Shown here one piece after another: positions 29,568 through 39,950 of a stretch of DNA of 64,000 bases. The position numbers and the translations under genes were made by a program. The DNA is from a virus (taxonomy: Duplodnaviria; Caudoviricetes), in the IMG/VR virus record IMGVR_UViG_3300028591_000070, positions 256,001 to 320,000 of that record. One strand, 5' to 3'. How positions within the stretch are numbered: the stretch's first letter is position 1; every line of letters starts with the position of its first letter. The notes beneath the pieces are model-generated. The model did no database searches. It had not been told where the DNA came from and saw nothing but the letters and a program-made list of their open reading frames with translations.

Positions 29568-30068
29568 ATGACTGTTGCTCAGAAAAAATTAAGTTGGGAT
29601 AAATCCTTTCTAAGAATAGCATGGGAATATGCGACACATTCAACTTGTTCTAGAAAACATGTTGGAGCCTTAATTGTAAAAGATGGTAGAATTGTTGCAA
29701 CTGGTTTTAATGGTACTCCTAAAGGTTTTGAAAACTGTAAAGATAAATTCAAAAATATCAATTGGAAAGAGCAACCATTAGATGGCCCTTTAAGTAAAGA
29801 ACATCATTCTTTTTCAGAAAAATATGAAATTCATGCTGAGCAAAATGCGTTATTAACTCTTATTCATAATGAAACAAATTGTGATGGAGCAACTTTATAT
29901 ACAACATTAAGTCCTTGTTCTACTTGTGCCAAAATGATTGTTCAGTCTGGGATTATAAGAGTTGTTTATGAAGAAGAATATGACAGAGATACTTCAGGTG
30001 TTGATTTACTGAGAGATATGGGTATTGAAGTTTGTCATATTCCATTTTTTGATAAGGAGAAAAAATAA
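29568..30068 (+). CDS. dCMP deaminase
   Basis: STC.RKHVGA, TGFNG, HAEQNA, SPCSTC. Confidence 0.95.
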   Translation: MTVAQKKLSWDKSFLRIAWEYATHSTCSRKHVGALIVKDGRIVATGFNGTPKGFENCKDKFKNINWKEQPLDGPLSKEHHSFSEKYEIHAEQNALLTLIHNETNCDGATLYTTLSPCSTCAKMIVQSGIIRVVYEEEYDRDTSGVDLLRDMGIEVCHIPFFDKEKK

Positions 30069-30359
30069 ATGGAAACAACAAATTTTATGCAGGAAATTCC
30101 AAATTCTTCATTTACAATTGGAGATTTAATCGAGGCTGAGATTAAAAATGCTAATGGCCTTTGGGACCTTGTAAAAGGTCGTATTACAAATGATGTAAAT
30201 AATGCTATGCTAATAACTATACTAGAAGTAGATGAAAATGGAAACTTGAATTTTAATGCTGGTGGATTTACTTCTTTCCATCTAAAAGACCTAGAAATGA
30301 GAAATGTTAAAGTCTTAGAAAAAGGACCATGGCATAAGCTTATTTGTGGAGAAGACTAA
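30069..30359 (+). CDS. hypothetical protein
   Basis: SD-supported ORF. Confidence 0.7.
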   Translation: METTNFMQEIPNSSFTIGDLIEAEIKNANGLWDLVKGRITNDVNNAMLITILEVDENGNLNFNAGGFTSFHLKDLEMRNVKVLEKGPWHKLICGED

Positions 30360-30868
30360 TGACAACAGATGAAACTTTAAAAACTCAAGAAGAAGAACTC
30401 AAAGAACATTTTGAAAGATTTTGGAAAACAGCGTCTAAAGATTTTGTAAATGGTAATATTTCTGCCAAAGAATTTGGATATATGCTCTATAAACAAGGGC
30501 ATCTAGACCAAACACCTCAGGGAGTTGATATTGACCCAGATATTTTTGCAGACAACTACCAAAGAGATGCATTTATTAAATTTGTTGAAGAGTGTCTTGA
30601 ACATCCAAGCTCAACAACTGAAGCATCTAAAAACGATTATGCTTTGGTAGCTTATAAATGCCCGGGCCATGATAAGTGTATTGCTTGGCCAGATAGATGT
30701 GAGGATATAGGCGGTGATGGAGAAGTTTGTACAACTCTTATCAACCTTTCTAAATTGTGTGGTGTTCAGAAAACAGATGATGGCTTTATTCCAAAAGTTG
30801 ATACTAAAGCAATGCTTACACCTGATGAAGTAAAAACTCTTTCTGAGATTGTAGCGAGATATAAATAA
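30359..30868 (+). CDS. hypothetical protein
   Basis: TAATG-coupled start at 30359. Confidence 0.7.
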   Translation: MTTDETLKTQEEELKEHFERFWKTASKDFVNGNISAKEFGYMLYKQGHLDQTPQGVDIDPDIFADNYQRDAFIKFVEECLEHPSSTTEASKNDYALVAYKCPGHDKCIAWPDRCEDIGGDGEVCTTLINLSKLCGVQKTDDGFIPKVDTKAMLTPDEVKTLSEIVARYK

Positions 30869-31314
30869 TGAGCTGCGGTTCAAGAAAACTTTTAGTATGT
30901 GGGTCTCGTACTATTCGAGATACCACTTATATCCAAGGTCCTACTCAGTGGGCTAAAGACCAAATTGAAGCATATTGGTATTGGAATCTAGCAGGATATG
31001 AAGACCTTACAATGATTGAGGGTGCTGCAAAAGGTATTGATACTATTGCTAAAGAATATGCTCAAGAAAATGACTGGAAAATTGAAGAATACCCAGCCGA
31101 TTGGGATAAATATGGAAAAAGTGCAGGTTTTATTCGTAATGAGATTATGGTGAAAGCTGCAGATGAAGTTTTAATATTGTGGGATGGTGAGAGTAAAGGT
31201 ACCAAAAACGATATTGACTTATGCGAAAAATATAATAAGCCTTATAAGGTTTTAATATATAATGACAAGGTAAAAGAAACTTATGTTGAAAAATATCTAA
31301 AGGAGAATAAATAA
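30868..31314 (+). CDS. SLOG family protein (DUF2493/YspA-like)
   Basis: VCGSR, GAAKGID, PADWDKYGKSAGFIRN, WDGESKGT. Confidence 0.9.
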   Translation: MSCGSRKLLVCGSRTIRDTTYIQGPTQWAKDQIEAYWYWNLAGYEDLTMIEGAAKGIDTIAKEYAQENDWKIEEYPADWDKYGKSAGFIRNEIMVKAADEVLILWDGESKGTKNDIDLCEKYNKPYKVLIYNDKVKETYVEKYLKENK

Positions 31315-31889
31315 TGGGACGAGAATTTGAAGCTAAAGTTTTGATTTCCGCTGATGAGTTTATTGATTTAATCAGAGAATGGAGTCTTACTTTTTCTCAG
31401 AAAAAGAGTGATGTTTATTGGTCTAAATATGCTTCAACTGAAGAAGCACTTAAGAATGGTGAAAGTCTTACTCGTATTAGAATAGAAGAAGATAATGCTT
31501 TTCTTACTCTTAAACAGAAAAATAAGACAGATGGTTTTGAAAATAATAAAGAATATGAGACAAGAGTTTTAGATGTAAATGTTTTACAGAAACTTTTGGA
31601 AGAAGCAGGATATAGCCCTTATTTCAAAAAGTATAAAACATCATATATGCTTAAAAGCACTGTAAACAGAGTTGACGTTCATACCGAAATTGAAATGGTT
31701 GAAAACTCCACTCATCCTAATAAAGAAACTTATAAGCGTTTTTATGCTATTGAGATTGAAGCTATTCCACCTATTGGTGTTTATCCAGATGATGAAGAAC
31801 TTATAAATATTGTAAAAGAAGAATTTTCAAAATATGGAAAAACAGAAGCAGATTTTGAAACAAGAAGTTGGAGAGAACTTTTAAGTTAA
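31314..31889 (+). CDS. CYTH/triphosphate tunnel metalloenzyme (class IV adenylate cyclase-like)
   Basis: REFEAK (ExExK), DVYW, RIR, LTLK, EYE, EIE. Confidence 0.85.
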   Translation: MGREFEAKVLISADEFIDLIREWSLTFSQKKSDVYWSKYASTEEALKNGESLTRIRIEEDNAFLTLKQKNKTDGFENNKEYETRVLDVNVLQKLLEEAGYSPYFKKYKTSYMLKSTVNRVDVHTEIEMVENSTHPNKETYKRFYAIEIEAIPPIGVYPDDEELINIVKEEFSKYGKTEADFETRSWRELLS

Positions 31890-32167
31890 TGTTTAAGCAA
31901 AATGAATATAGAGAAGAAGATTTCTCAGATCATTATAATCTTTATAAAGGTAAAGAAAGAAATATTTCTCTAAATGGTTGGGTTTTTGATAGATTCAATC
32001 AAATCTTTTATATGGAAAAAGATACACATGCCATTGGTGAAGTAGTCGCTATAAGATGGTATAATGATAAGTGGCTTCTTACTTTATGCAATTATGCTAA
32101 TGTTATTTTTAGTGAATCTTATGACGATTTGGCTGATGCTTTTGCTGAAGGCAGTAAACTGATTTAA
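31889..32167 (+). CDS. hypothetical protein
   Basis: TAATG-coupled start. Confidence 0.65.
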   Translation: MFKQNEYREEDFSDHYNLYKGKERNISLNGWVFDRFNQIFYMEKDTHAIGEVVAIRWYNDKWLLTLCNYANVIFSESYDDLADAFAEGSKLI

Positions 32168-32177
32168 GGAGGATTTT

Positions 32178-32597
32178 ATGGGATCAGGTGTAGTATTTTT
32201 TATTTTTTTAATGGTAATTGTAGGCCTTTGTATTTGTGGCTTTATAGGTATGCTTACAGGATTGATTTATAATCACGTTGAAGAGCGAACTTTTGAGCCA
32301 AAACTCTTTTGGCTTTCTATTGGATTTTTAGTTCTTTCTGTATGGGGCATTTTTGCAATAGTTGATTGGACAAAATATGACGACTCTCATAGAAAAGTTG
32401 AACAGGTAGCATCAGCTCCATATAAAGAAATAAAAACTTTTGATATTCATGTTAAAGATGGTGAAACTTATTTGAATGCTAAAAATGCTAAAATCATCTC
32501 AGGTACTTATATTGCTTTTGATACTGAAGATGGCAGACATTTAGAAACAAACGCAGAAACCTTGGTTGAGGTTCATACTGAAATTATTAAAGAATAA
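32178..32597 (+). CDS. two-TM membrane protein
   Basis: two hydrophobic helices; AGGAGG SD. Confidence 0.75.
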   Translation: MGSGVVFFIFLMVIVGLCICGFIGMLTGLIYNHVEERTFEPKLFWLSIGFLVLSVWGIFAIVDWTKYDDSHRKVEQVASAPYKEIKTFDIHVKDGETYLNAKNAKIISGTYIAFDTEDGRHLETNAETLVEVHTEIIKE

Positions 32598-32612
32598 AAG
32601 TATATTCTATAT
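32578..32612 (+). promoter_or_regulatory. class I promoter, leaderless start
   Basis: CTGAAA-17-TATATT-CTATAT directly followed by ATG 32613. Confidence 0.6.
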
Positions 32613-32915
32613 ATGATTTATTCGAAAGAAAAGAAGGCCGAAATACAGAAAAGAATAGACGCAGGTGAATTTGGCGTCGGTGGAACTGGTGGAGAAGGCT
32701 GGTTTTTTAATCTAGAACGAGAGATTCTCGGAGACCCACTTGATGCTCGATTTGTTTGTATAAAAGACCCTTCTAGAGCAAGAAAAGCTTATATAAAATA
32801 TTTACTTTCAGTTGGCTATACTGAAGAAAATGGATATTTTAAGAAGGGTCGAAAGTACTATCACATTTGTCAATGTGGTGGAACTTCAAATTCAAGAATG
32901 TATAAGGTACTTTAG
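32613..32915 (+). CDS. hypothetical protein
   Basis: 100 aa ORF. Confidence 0.65.
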   Translation: MIYSKEKKAEIQKRIDAGEFGVGGTGGEGWFFNLEREILGDPLDARFVCIKDPSRARKAYIKYLLSVGYTEENGYFKKGRKYYHICQCGGTSNSRMYKVL

Positions 32916-32922
32916 AGGTTAT

Positions 32923-33138
32923 ATGGTAGAAATTAGATTATATAAAGACGAAAAAAATTATGCACAGAATCCATTTAGAACAATGGTTGTTCCTGTAGTT
33001 GACATTGACGCTGAGTCTGGAATTCTTACAGTTCCATCTCTTGATGGAAAAGAAACATTCAGTTTTTATTTTGTTGAATATGTAAGAAATGAAGCAACTA
33101 CATTCAGCTTTTATAAAGTTGATAAAAAAACAAATTAA
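32923..33138 (+). CDS. hypothetical protein
   Basis: start reassigned to ATG 32923 (GAGG SD). Confidence 0.65.
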   Translation: MVEIRLYKDEKNYAQNPFRTMVVPVVDIDAESGILTVPSLDGKETFSFYFVEYVRNEATTFSFYKVDKKTN

Positions 33139-33160
33139 GATGCTATAAAAAGAGGTAAAT

Positions 33161-34066
33161 ATGGAAGGTTTTAGAAAATGCATGTCATTCTTTGCTGGTA
33201 TAATAGCATTTTTTACATTTATAGCTTTTATGGTAGTAGATGACCATCTCTCTAAATGGACATTAGTTAAAACATATATTATTTATAATGATGAAACTTC
33301 CATTTTAAGCAAGAGCCAAACTCCGCAGTATTATATTTTATTAAATACTTCTGGTACTGGTAATAATGAAACAGATTATATCGATCTTGAAAACCAGAAT
33401 TGTAGTATAGTTCGTATTCAGCAACCTAATAAGAAGTTTTATAATCAAGCCATTTTTTCTAAAAAAACGTATTATATATTTAACAATGGTGGCGTAACTA
33501 AACCTGAAAATTTTAATGGATATATTCAGTATGGCGAAAAGGCTTATACTCTTGAAGAATTTTATGAAAATCCTCCTTTTGAGGGTGATGTTGACCCATT
33601 AGGATCAAAAAATATATGGGGTTGGATAACCTTAAGCTTAGTTGCTCTTTGTTTGATAGGATTAATTCCCGTTGAAGAGTTTGAATTTACTTTGCCTAAT
33701 ACAATAAAAGAGAGAAAAGTTAGGAAAGCAGCTGCAGAAATTTTTCCACACTTAGAACATGTTTTTAAAGTTGAAAAACTTAAAGTTATTAATTTTATTA
33801 CTGAGACTGTTACTTGGAAAATAAGTATCGACCATGATGACCAAACTATATTTGTTTCTCAACTAGGTTTGAGTAGAGATGGGATGCGCTATAACTATAA
33901 GACGAAAGAAGTAAGTTTACAAGATAAATATGATTTACAAGTTGCATTAGCCTTTATAAAACTTAAACCTAAATTACAACCATTATATAATGGCATTTTG
34001 GATTATGCTGTAGAGACCATTGTAGATAAAATCCCACCATCTGATGAGATACAGATTAGTCTTTAA
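33161..34066 (+). CDS. two-TM membrane protein
   Basis: TM-extracellular-TM-cytoplasmic layout. Confidence 0.7.
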   Translation: MEGFRKCMSFFAGIIAFFTFIAFMVVDDHLSKWTLVKTYIIYNDETSILSKSQTPQYYILLNTSGTGNNETDYIDLENQNCSIVRIQQPNKKFYNQAIFSKKTYYIFNNGGVTKPENFNGYIQYGEKAYTLEEFYENPPFEGDVDPLGSKNIWGWITLSLVALCLIGLIPVEEFEFTLPNTIKERKVRKAAAEIFPHLEHVFKVEKLKVINFITETVTWKISIDHDDQTIFVSQLGLSRDGMRYNYKTKEVSLQDKYDLQVALAFIKLKPKLQPLYNGILDYAVETIVDKIPPSDEIQISL

Positions 34067-34068
34067 TT

Positions 34069-34094
34069 AAAAGAGGAGCATGCTCCTCTTTTTT
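34069..34094 (+). terminator. intrinsic terminator
   Basis: AAAAGAGGAGC-AT-GCTCCTCTTTTTT. Confidence 0.8.
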
Positions 34095-34119
34095 ATTTTT
34101 AATAGTTAATATTTTTTAT

Positions 34120-34515
34120 ATGGAAGATGTTAGAAGTTATAATGTAGGTGCGTCAGATTACTCAAAACATAAATATCAGTCATGGGATTTTTGGCTGACT
34201 TTTGTTTTGAACCCATTTGATGCCGATTTATGTAAACGTACTTTAAGAACAAAAGCAACAGATGGTCGTTTACTAGATTATCAGAAAATCAAACATATTT
34301 GTGGCGAACGCCTTAGACAGCTTGATGAAGGTCCAGATAGATGGGTTGGTCCTAAGTATGTTGAAAAATCTCACTTTGAAGAAATGATTGCAGATTATTC
34401 ATTACATGAGGATGATAAGCAATTATTAGAAAATCTTTTATTCCTTCAAAATCGTAAAGAAGCATATAAAAATATGCAAGCAATTTGTGATAAAAGAATT
34501 CAGGAATTATCCTAA
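34120..34515 (+). CDS. hypothetical protein, DUF3310-like
   Basis: VGASDYSKHKYQSWDF..LNPF motif; class II motif 34105-34113. Confidence 0.5.
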   Translation: MEDVRSYNVGASDYSKHKYQSWDFWLTFVLNPFDADLCKRTLRTKATDGRLLDYQKIKHICGERLRQLDEGPDRWVGPKYVEKSHFEEMIADYSLHEDDKQLLENLLFLQNRKEAYKNMQAICDKRIQELS

Positions 34516-34706
34516 TGAAATTAAGGAAAGAGCTTGCTGAGAAATTAAGATGGGCGGTTGAGCACTCTCCTTGTAGTGCAGAATATAAAGGTGATATAAC
34601 CTTAGAAGAAAGAGAGGAGATTGAGAGACGCGGCTTTGAAATATATACTTTTGCAGTATTTATGGATGGCGGCGGAATCTTACATATAAGATGGTACAAT
34701 CATTAG
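34515..34706 (+). CDS. hypothetical protein
   Basis: coupled ORF. Confidence 0.6.
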   Translation: MKLRKELAEKLRWAVEHSPCSAEYKGDITLEEREEIERRGFEIYTFAVFMDGGGILHIRWYNH

Positions 34707-34969
34707 TAGTTTATAATTTAGAAAATAAGTTGATTGCTTGGTACACAAATCCATCATTGAAATTTTTTAAATTGGATAATGAACTTAAGTTGGATATTAA
34801 TGGTCAAACAATCATTACATTGTGTAATACTCCAGACACATTAATAGACGTTACAGATACAACTTCAGGCATTTGGAAACTTAAGCAAATGACTGGAACA
34901 AAATATGAAGTTGCAGATGTAGAAGAAAACCTTGTTAGATTTGGAGACTTCTATGAACAAGAACTTTGA
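34691..34969 (+). CDS. hypothetical protein
   Basis: overlapping ORF. Confidence 0.6.
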   Translation: MVQSLVVYNLENKLIAWYTNPSLKFFKLDNELKLDINGQTIITLCNTPDTLIDVTDTTSGIWKLKQMTGTKYEVADVEENLVRFGDFYEQEL

Positions 34970-36410
34970 TGTGGCTATTGTTGGAGCTGGTCCTGCTGGT
35001 CTTTATTGCGCTTATAAACTTATTACAGAAAATAAAAATCTTAAAATCATTGTTTTTGAGCAAGGACGAGAAATAGATAATCGAAAGTGCCCAGCTATTA
35101 AGCAGAATAAAAGCTGTTTACATTGTAATAACTGTGCTATTATGTCTGGAATTGCTGGAGCCGGCGCATTTTCTGATGGTAAATTTCCAATTACAAATGA
35201 CTTTGGTGGCACTCTTTGGGAAAAATGTGGTAAAGATGAAGCCTTAATTTATATGAATGAAGTCGACCAGCTCAATAAAAAGTTTTTTGATGAAAAATCT
35301 AGAGGAAGTCCATATACTTGGCCAAAGATGTATATGTCTTGGAACTCACCTTATAAGAAAATTTGTACTCAGCATAATTTACACTTGTTAAATGCAAATA
35401 TTCGTCATTTAGGTACAGATATTTCCCAACTAGTATTTAGACAACTCTTTTATTACTTGAAAGATCAAGGTGTTGTATTTACAACTAATACTCATGTGGA
35501 TAAGATTAAAAGAACAGAAAATCTTATAAATGTCGACTCTTTAAGCGATAGAAAATATCATTGGGAAATAAACTGCTCATTCAATGATAATAATGTAAAT
35601 ACATCTTTTGAAGCTTCTACTGTTATAGTTGCTGCTGGCCGCTCGGGTAGTAAATGGGTTGAAACTTTATGCGAAGACTTGGATATTCCTACTCATTCTA
35701 ATAGAGTTGATATTGGCATTAGATTTGAATGTCCTAATGAAATATGGAATCATGTTACAAAAGACCTTTATGAGGCCAAAATTGTCTATAAAACTAAAAC
35801 ATATGAAGATGAGGTTAGAACATTCTGTATGAACCCATCTGGTTATGTTGTTACAGAGCATACAAAGAGTGGTATCACTGTAAATGGCCATTCATTTGAA
35901 GCTCAGGATAAAAAATCTAATAACACAAATTTTGCATTATTGGTTAGTAAAACTTTAACAGAGCCATTTGACAATTCTAATGAGTATGGTGAAGCTATTA
36001 TTAAATTATCTAATATGTTAGGTGGTGGTGTCATTGTTCAGAGATATGGCGACCTAATTCGTGGAAGACGTTCAACAAAAGATCATATTGCTCACAACTC
36101 AGTTACTCCAACCTTAAATGCTGAGCCAGGTGACTTAAGTCTTGTATTACCTAAGCGTATTCTAGATGATATTTTGGAAATGATCGAAAAACTCGACCAT
36201 CTGGTTCCAGGTATGGTAAATGATGATAACTTACTCTATGGTGTAGAATGTAAATTTTATAATATGACAGTTGAATCTAAAAATAATTGTGAAGCATTAG
36301 ATTATCCTGGACTATATTTTGCAGGAGATGGTGCAGGATATACACATTCATTATCACAAGCAGCAGCAAATGGACTTTATATAGCTGAAGATATTCTCAA
36401 TCACTTTTAG
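34953..36410 (+). CDS. FAD-dependent oxidoreductase (COG2509-like)
   Basis: IVGAGPAG, CLHCNNC, GAGAFSDGK, RHLGTD, RTFCMNP, GLYFAGDGAG. Confidence 0.9.
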   Translation: MNKNFDVAIVGAGPAGLYCAYKLITENKNLKIIVFEQGREIDNRKCPAIKQNKSCLHCNNCAIMSGIAGAGAFSDGKFPITNDFGGTLWEKCGKDEALIYMNEVDQLNKKFFDEKSRGSPYTWPKMYMSWNSPYKKICTQHNLHLLNANIRHLGTDISQLVFRQLFYYLKDQGVVFTTNTHVDKIKRTENLINVDSLSDRKYHWEINCSFNDNNVNTSFEASTVIVAAGRSGSKWVETLCEDLDIPTHSNRVDIGIRFECPNEIWNHVTKDLYEAKIVYKTKTYEDEVRTFCMNPSGYVVTEHTKSGITVNGHSFEAQDKKSNNTNFALLVSKTLTEPFDNSNEYGEAIIKLSNMLGGGVIVQRYGDLIRGRRSTKDHIAHNSVTPTLNAEPGDLSLVLPKRILDDILEMIEKLDHLVPGMVNDDNLLYGVECKFYNMTVESKNNCEALDYPGLYFAGDGAGYTHSLSQAAANGLYIAEDILNHF

Positions 36411-36427
36411 TTTCTACTAATTTATCT

Positions 36428-39109
36428 ATGAATCGTTTTGACTCGGCAGCAAACTATGATAGATATAAAAGACGCTTTGAAAAACAAACTAATGGTGCAC
36501 AAATAGCAGATCAAGGTACGATTGATGCTTTATTTAAGGCTCATTCTGAAGTTGATGCAGAATATATCCGTTATCTTGAATATCTTTATAATGAAACAAA
36601 ACTTAAAAATTGTCGTAATATTTCATCAGTTACTCAAATGGCTGAGTTGGTTGGCTATAAGCGTCAGCTACCAAAATCAGCTATTGGTTATGTAGTTGTA
36701 TCACATACTGACGTAGATGGAAAAAATAGATTACAGAATTTTGGTACAAGTTTCTTTGATTTAGATGCCCCATCAGATTATGATGATCTTTACAAAAATC
36801 CAAATGCTACTGCCGCTGAAAAAGCTGCTTTAATTCCATGGACAGCTAATGAGTTTTATTCAATCCCAGAAGGATCAATTTTTCACACAAATAGTGGTAT
36901 TAAGTTTATAGCAACATCTACAGTAGAATCAAGAGCTTTAAAAGAACCTTTTTCTGTAATTAAAAAAGATAAAGCAAAATATAAGAGTTTTATTGAAGCA
37001 GGTGGATGGGATGGCATTAAATATCTTAAAGTACCTGTTATCCAAGGTGAGCAAGTTTCGTTAGAGTTAGGTGAAGCTGAAGGAACTAGATTTGAGTCTT
37101 TCACAATTGACACCTTAAATGTAGAGAATGCATCAAATATTATCTCATGTAAATATCTCACAGTAACAGTTAAGCCTCAAGCAAAAGAAGGATATGAGAG
37201 CGATGACTCTTACACAGAAACTTGGGAAAATATTCCAAATATTGGTTTAGCTGGTGAATATGATAAAGTATTTGAAATACAGATTTTAGATGATGCCGGA
37301 AAAGTTTTAATTAAATTCGGTGATGGCATTACAGGTAGAACACTTCCAAAAGGTGCTTTAGTTACAGTAAATTATTTACAAACCTTAGGCGACGCTGGTA
37401 ACGTTGACACAAAATTCCAGATTGTTGGAATGACATTACCTTCTGGTTATCAGATGGTTGACCCTAGAACAAATGCTGTAGCTCCATTCCTATCATGCAC
37501 TAATGTGTCACCTATTATGGGTGGTAAAGCTATTGAAGCTCAAACATCTATCAAAGAGAATGCTCCAGTTTCTTATTTGAAATCTTATACATTGGGAACA
37601 AGACTTACATATCTTGAAAAAATTATAAATGATAGTCCAGTAAATCTTTTACATTGTCTTTTATTCAGCTCTAAAGTTGTAGATTCAGAATCTTATGGAA
37701 CTATTGATACATCATCTGAATTTGCAAGCTGCTTAGATGAAAATTACAATGTTTTACAAGAGATTACAACTGATAAAAAAGCTTTAATTGTTTGTGCTTT
37801 AAGGGCTAATGGCGAAAACATTGAAGACCCAGAAGGTGAATTGATTACACCTTTAAGACAAACTTTAGATGATTATATTTCACCTAGTGATAGCTTAGAT
37901 TTTATTCAACCTAACAAAGTAGAAATCTGTCCAAATGTAATTATCACAACATCATCTTCTGTTTTAGAGTCTGATATTAGAGATGAACTTTTGCCTAAAA
38001 TCATCAGTAAATATTCTATTTTCTACAAAGACTTTGGTGATAAATACTTCAAATCAAATATTGTTGATATTGCTCACACATTAAACTATGCTAAATCCGT
38101 TGAGTGTATTTTAGAGGCAAAAGCTAATGTTGATATGGAACCAATCATTTATTCTCAAAATGGCCAAACAAATATCAATTGGCTTGAGCATGTAGGTAAT
38201 ACAGTAAATGATATGGCAAAATATGATGCTGAAGAAGAAAAGATTGAAAGCTTATTTGGATTTAAGTTCTCATTTGATAAGATTTTTGCTCAAAATGAAT
38301 TGGGTAGAGGATTTAAGAATTACAAATATAAAGCACCATATTTATTGAAAGCTGATATTATTTTTAAGGATGACCCAGCTAATAGCAAGACTTTAATCTT
38401 ATATGATAACAGAACTGATTTATTAAATGAAATAGATATTGACAGTGCTTATAAAACTCCAATAGAAGAGACAGAATCATATCCACTTTTAACTAAAACT
38501 TTCTATGGTGAGTCTAAAATTATTTATTGGCCACAGAATGAGAGTGAAAGCTTCCAAAACTTACAAGCTCGTACAGCTCAATATCCTTTAATTGATAGAA
38601 TTACAAATGATAAATATATGAATCAGGTAAAGAGTTTCTTACAATCACCATTTGAAATTCGTCCATTATATATTGATGAAGCCGGAAATAATAAAATCTT
38701 TGATGTTTCAGATGTACCCGCAACTGACCAAGTTTCTTTCAACTATGATGCAAATATTAAAACTGCAACTTGTTACCGTAAAAACTGGCAATATTGGAAT
38801 CATTGTAAAATTGAGTTTAGTGAAGGATATAATGATCCAAATTCATCTGAGTATGCGAATGGTATAATTACTATTCCTGTAAAAAATATTTTATCTGCAA
38901 AAGAGATTGCAACATTAAAAACAATGCTTGCAGAAACAAAAGATTTTGAAGAGCAAACTCCTGATATCAAGAAAATGATTAAGGATAAAATCGAAATTAA
39001 TGTTTATGCGGTACCTGTTCAAGATACTTTTGAATGCAATAATGAATATGATATAATTTATAGTGATAAGAATTATACTAAAATTGAAAAGAACTTTATA
39101 ATTAAATAA
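36428..39109 (+). CDS. baseplate wedge subunit (T4 gp6-like/baseplate J family)
   Basis: SVTQMAELVGYK..PKSA, IKFGDGITG, VNYLQTLGDAGN, GG.AIE..SIK.NAP; ACTAAT motif 6 nt before ATG. Confidence 0.85.
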   Translation: MNRFDSAANYDRYKRRFEKQTNGAQIADQGTIDALFKAHSEVDAEYIRYLEYLYNETKLKNCRNISSVTQMAELVGYKRQLPKSAIGYVVVSHTDVDGKNRLQNFGTSFFDLDAPSDYDDLYKNPNATAAEKAALIPWTANEFYSIPEGSIFHTNSGIKFIATSTVESRALKEPFSVIKKDKAKYKSFIEAGGWDGIKYLKVPVIQGEQVSLELGEAEGTRFESFTIDTLNVENASNIISCKYLTVTVKPQAKEGYESDDSYTETWENIPNIGLAGEYDKVFEIQILDDAGKVLIKFGDGITGRTLPKGALVTVNYLQTLGDAGNVDTKFQIVGMTLPSGYQMVDPRTNAVAPFLSCTNVSPIMGGKAIEAQTSIKENAPVSYLKSYTLGTRLTYLEKIINDSPVNLLHCLLFSSKVVDSESYGTIDTSSEFASCLDENYNVLQEITTDKKALIVCALRANGENIEDPEGELITPLRQTLDDYISPSDSLDFIQPNKVEICPNVIITTSSSVLESDIRDELLPKIISKYSIFYKDFGDKYFKSNIVDIAHTLNYAKSVECILEAKANVDMEPIIYSQNGQTNINWLEHVGNTVNDMAKYDAEEEKIESLFGFKFSFDKIFAQNELGRGFKNYKYKAPYLLKADIIFKDDPANSKTLILYDNRTDLLNEIDIDSAYKTPIEETESYPLLTKTFYGESKIIYWPQNESESFQNLQARTAQYPLIDRITNDKYMNQVKSFLQSPFEIRPLYIDEAGNNKIFDVSDVPATDQVSFNYDANIKTATCYRKNWQYWNHCKIEFSEGYNDPNSSEYANGIITIPVKNILSAKEIATLKTMLAETKDFEEQTPDIKKMIKDKIEINVYAVPVQDTFECNNEYDIIYSDKNYTKIEKNFIIK

Positions 39110-39111
39110 AA

Positions 39112-39142
39112 AATAAGCCGCTCAAAAGAGCGGCTTTTATTT
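39112..39142. terminator. bidirectional terminator at the strand switch
   Basis: AAGCCGCTC-AAAA-GAGCGGCTT with A-tract left and T-tract right, between convergent genes. Confidence 0.8.
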
Positions 39143-39950
39143 ACTTTTTCAAAGCATCTAATTCAGCTTTCATATTTTCTGCTGACTGAATTAAATATGT
39201 TCGTTCTGAACCCATAGTAGTAATTTGATTCTTAAGATTTTGAATCTCATTTTCCACTTCAGATTTAGGTGGTTTTCTACCGCATGTAAACTTTTCAGGA
39301 CAATATCCTAATAATTCACATTTTGGTTTCATACAATTATCTACAATCCAGGCCCATTCATCTGAATAGTCATGTAATGCATTCAAAACATCCTTAAATA
39401 ATTTTCTATATTCATGATATGCTCTTGAACACATTCTCTGATGAGACATATCTACAAGATTTCTCATATTATGTTTACAAGTAATCTTAGTTGTCATTCC
39501 TAAAGGATAGAACAATGCAGCATCTTCCTTTGGAACATTAGCTTGCTCTAGCTGTTCTAGTAGGATTTGAAATGAATCAACAAAATTATTAAATGTTGTT
39601 TTAAGGTCTGCATTAGACTCTAAAGCATCTTTAATTTTTGGAGCCATTACAAAGTTTTCTTCAAACTGACCTGCCCATTTTACATATCTAGTTGAAGACT
39701 GTAATCGAGTTGGCATTCCTCCTATGTGAGTATACCATTCACGAATAACCCTAGCACTATAACCATCAAGTACCATGTTAACATCTGGAAATTCTGTAGT
39801 TCTTCCATGATCATTAGATATACACTCTTTAGCGCGCTTAATATTTTTTTCTTTATCATCAACATCTGCTCCCCAACATACACCAGCATTATAGCCAATT
39901 TGTTGTAATGGATTTTTAGTTGTCCATTCTAGAATTGTTACTTTACCCAT
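39141..39950 (-). CDS. thyX: flavin-dependent thymidylate synthase
   Basis: HGRTTEF, SARVIREWYTH..RLQSSTRY, EDA..YPL, NMRNL..RMC.RA..EYR. Confidence 0.93.
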   Translation of the reverse strand: MGKVTILEWTTKNPLQQIGYNAGVCWGADVDDKEKNIKRAKECISNDHGRTTEFPDVNMVLDGYSARVIREWYTHIGGMPTRLQSSTRYVKWAGQFEENFVMAPKIKDALESNADLKTTFNNFVDSFQILLEQLEQANVPKEDAALFYPLGMTTKITCKHNMRNLVDMSHQRMCSRAYHEYRKLFKDVLNALHDYSDEWAWIVDNCMKPKCELLGYCPEKFTCGRKPPKSEVENEIQNLKNQITTMGSERTYLIQSAENMKAELDALKK

